From assembly GCA_965214775.1 (NCBI GenBank), contig OZ243974.1, positions 1,664,001 to 1,728,000 of the forward strand: 64,000 bases of DNA. Reading direction: 5' to 3'. Of the stretch, positions 61,900 to 64,000 are shown one piece after another. The stretch is from Nitrosopumilus sp. Lineage in GTDB: Archaea > Thermoproteota > Nitrososphaeria > Nitrososphaerales > Nitrosopumilaceae. The translations under genes and the position numbers were made by a program. The first letter of the stretch is position 1. Every line of letters starts with the position of its first letter. The notes under the pieces were generated by a model. That model searched no databases. It had not been told where the DNA came from and saw nothing but the letters and a program-made list of their open reading frames with translations.

Positions 61900-63999
61900 T
61901 TACTGTGACTTTCTGCACTCCCTGCACCAGGACTGCGGCCTGGTCATCCCGTCCACGTTACGAAATCCGAACTTTTCTTCAATCTCCTGTCTGGATGTGG
62001 CAGTCCTGTTGCACTTGGGGCACTTTGCGCTCTCCCTTGCAGATATGTCGGTCTTTGCGTGCCTATCAATTATGCCCCGAACCTCCGAGGGATTAAACGC
62101 CACGTCCCACGTCCAGGTTCCGTAGCTTCCGTCCTCGTTTATGACGTCCACCCACTCTGACAGATACCTCCGCTTTTCCTTGTTCTGGGCGTCGTCGACC
62201 CCCTTGATCTCCAGAACCAGAGTCACGCCGTTGTCCAGCCGGATCAGAAAGTCCGGCCAATAGTCGTGGACTATCCCGTTGTACAGGTACTTGATCACAA
62301 ACCCTATGTGGTCGTTTTTCACCCATGATGTGACGTGTCTGTTCCGCTCCATCTCCTGCCCTGCACCCATCTCCCACTTGGAGTCGTATACTGCCATGTT
62401 GATGTGGGACTTTACCGTGTATTCTGCAGGCTTTTTCGTGTACCACATGCGCATATCGGAGGTGGACTTTACCGGCTTGGCAGGATTCAGATGGATTCGC
62501 CTTGACTCTATGTTGTGATCCTTGATGCTTTTGCAGACGTGCGACACTATCTTTTGCATGTTAAACAGCATGGTCATCTTTGTACGCAGGTCGTCATCTG
62601 TCACGTCGGTAACATCCACCTTTCCCAAGCTTATGAACGCCTCGACCAGCTTCACTATCTGCGCCAAAAGAAACTCCCTGCCCCCCTTCCAGCTTGGTGC
62701 CATGTCGTTGTAGACGTCCCCTGCGGCAACAAAGACTATCCTCTGCAGCCTGATCTCCTTATTCAGCTCGTGCAGGTCGATCTCGGACATCTTGTCCACG
62801 TGCGGCTTGCCTGCCAGGATCTGCGCCATTCCCACCGTCGTGCTTATCCCGTCGCTTTGCAGCTCCAGCGGCTTGATCTTCTTCCAGTCGACTTCAAGCC
62901 TTGGCGAGAAGTCAGTGTCAATCCTGTCTACGTTGGGCCAAGAGATCCTGTGTTGCATCTTACCCGGATCCGGCTCTATGATTGTAGTGGGGATCGGGGG
63001 CGGGGGCGGGTCGCCGTCGCCTCCCTCGTGTGGCAGAAACGTAAATGGAACCCCGAACACGTTGACGTATTCCGGAGAGTACAGGCCGTCCTTGTTTATT
63101 TCATAAGACGTCCTCCGAAGTCCCCTTCCCACCACCTGTTCGCACAGGAGCTGGCTTGAAAATGCCCTCAACCCCATGATGTGCGTGACGTTGCGGGCAT
63201 CCCACCCTTCGGACAGCATCTGCACGGCGATGATGTTTCGAACCTGCTCTCCTGGCCTTCCGGGCTTTCCGACCGTATCCACCTTCTCCCGCAGACTCTC
63301 TGCAGATCCGTCCTTTGACCCCTCCTCTGCCTTGCTCATCGTTGTAGAGTCAATGTGGAGCAGGTGCTCTTGCTCTGCGAGGGACGGCAGATCGAACCTG
63401 TCCTTCTCAAAGGAGTACATTATCCTGGCAGCAGTCTGGGTCTTGTTGCATACTGTAATCATGACCGGGGGAATTTTGGAGCCATTCTCATCCCAGCTCT
63501 TTTTTGTGGCAATCCAGTCCTGGCCCAGAAGGTAATACGCGTTGGACACCAGATCAGGAAGCTTTTCATGTGGTTTTGCGTTTCGATTGAGATCGGGCTT
63601 TACCTCGTCGTCCCTGTACAGGTGGTAGAACCTGGACTTGTAGTCCTTGGAAAACTTGTTTGCGTTGTCCCGGATGGCAATCCTGGGAGTCTTGGTCAGT
63701 CCCGACTCTATGGCATCATTCAGCGAAAAGTCCGATACAATCCAGCCAAACAACGTGTCCTCGGTGACGTTCTTTCCGGACGGAATGAACGGCGTGGCAG
63801 AAAAGTCAAAGCATTTTACAACGTTTCTTGCGTTGTGGATCTTGTCCAGTCCCTCTATCCACCTCTTGTCGCGCTCAAGATCCGTCTTTGATATGTTCTT
63901 TGTCTGGTCTGTGTCTGCACGGTACGCGTGATGGGCCTCGTCGTTTATGACTATTATGTTCCTCAGATCGTGTCCCAGAATCCTCCTTGAGAACGCCCC
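61900..63999 (-). CDS. res: Type III R-M Res subunit-like helicase-nuclease, 5' end outside the window, with a C-terminal C4 zinc finger
   Basis: Frame open from the window edge: INDEAHHAY, MLSEGWD, EQVVGRGLRR, YWPDFL..LEIKG. Confidence 0.88.
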   Translation of the reverse strand, partial: GAFSRRILGHDLRNIIVINDEAHHAYRADTDQTKNISKTDLERDKRWIEGLDKIHNARNVVKCFDFSATPFIPSGKNVTEDTLFGWIVSDFSLNDAIESGLTKTPRIAIRDNANKFSKDYKSRFYHLYRDDEVKPDLNRNAKPHEKLPDLVSNAYYLLGQDWIATKKSWDENGSKIPPVMITVCNKTQTAARIMYSFEKDRFDLPSLAEQEHLLHIDSTTMSKAEEGSKDGSAESLREKVDTVGKPGRPGEQVRNIIAVQMLSEGWDARNVTHIMGLRAFSSQLLCEQVVGRGLRRTSYEINKDGLYSPEYVNVFGVPFTFLPHEGGDGDPPPPPIPTTIIEPDPGKMQHRISWPNVDRIDTDFSPRLEVDWKKIKPLELQSDGISTTVGMAQILAGKPHVDKMSEIDLHELNKEIRLQRIVFVAAGDVYNDMAPSWKGGREFLLAQIVKLVEAFISLGKVDVTDVTDDDLRTKMTMLFNMQKIVSHVCKSIKDHNIESRRIHLNPAKPVKSTSDMRMWYTKKPAEYTVKSHINMAVYDSKWEMGAGQEMERNRHVTSWVKNDHIGFVIKYLYNGIVHDYWPDFLIRLDNGVTLVLEIKGVDDAQNKEKRRYLSEWVDVINEDGSYGTWTWDVAFNPSEVRGIIDRHAKTDISARESAKCPKCNRTATSRQEIEEKFGFRNVDGMTRPQSWCRECRKSQ

Positions 64000-64000
64000 G

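Overview
Archaeal chromosomal DNA that reads as Nitrosopumilaceae (Thaumarchaeota/Nitrososphaerota), inferred from gene content, CFI-box and PEF-CTERM proteins and a TBP. The load of IS elements and MITEs and a giant surface protein suggest a host-associated lineage (inference). 1-10 kb and 27-36 kb are mostly core or conserved genes (pepF, pdaD, DsbA, DEAD helicase, Lrp, YyaL), with tRNA-Thr and a small toxin-antitoxin islet. 11.5-26.4 kb is one GC-rich ~4,980-aa surface protein with an internal triple-module duplication. 36-55.5 kb is a defence region. It includes a ~16 kb element integrated at tRNA-Lys that carries a type I R-M locus with two convergent hsdS genes, a tyrosine recombinase between them and a divergent TBP. 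The best candidate for a new system: four 28-bp dyad sites, TGCRTCAA-N12-TTGAYGCA, are embedded in the hsdS 'ASILSGVDA' codons. They pair by spacer sequence as inverted repeats, and one hsdS is truncated exactly at its site, which points to an archaeal hsdS shufflon. hsdM is currently split by a MITE. After tRNA-Asp come two IS481 copies with 15-16 bp target duplications, a DUF5678/retropepsin pair, an HNH nuclease and a partial type III Res gene. At least seven MITE-like families were recognised by eye. All family assignments come from motif recognition, not database searches.
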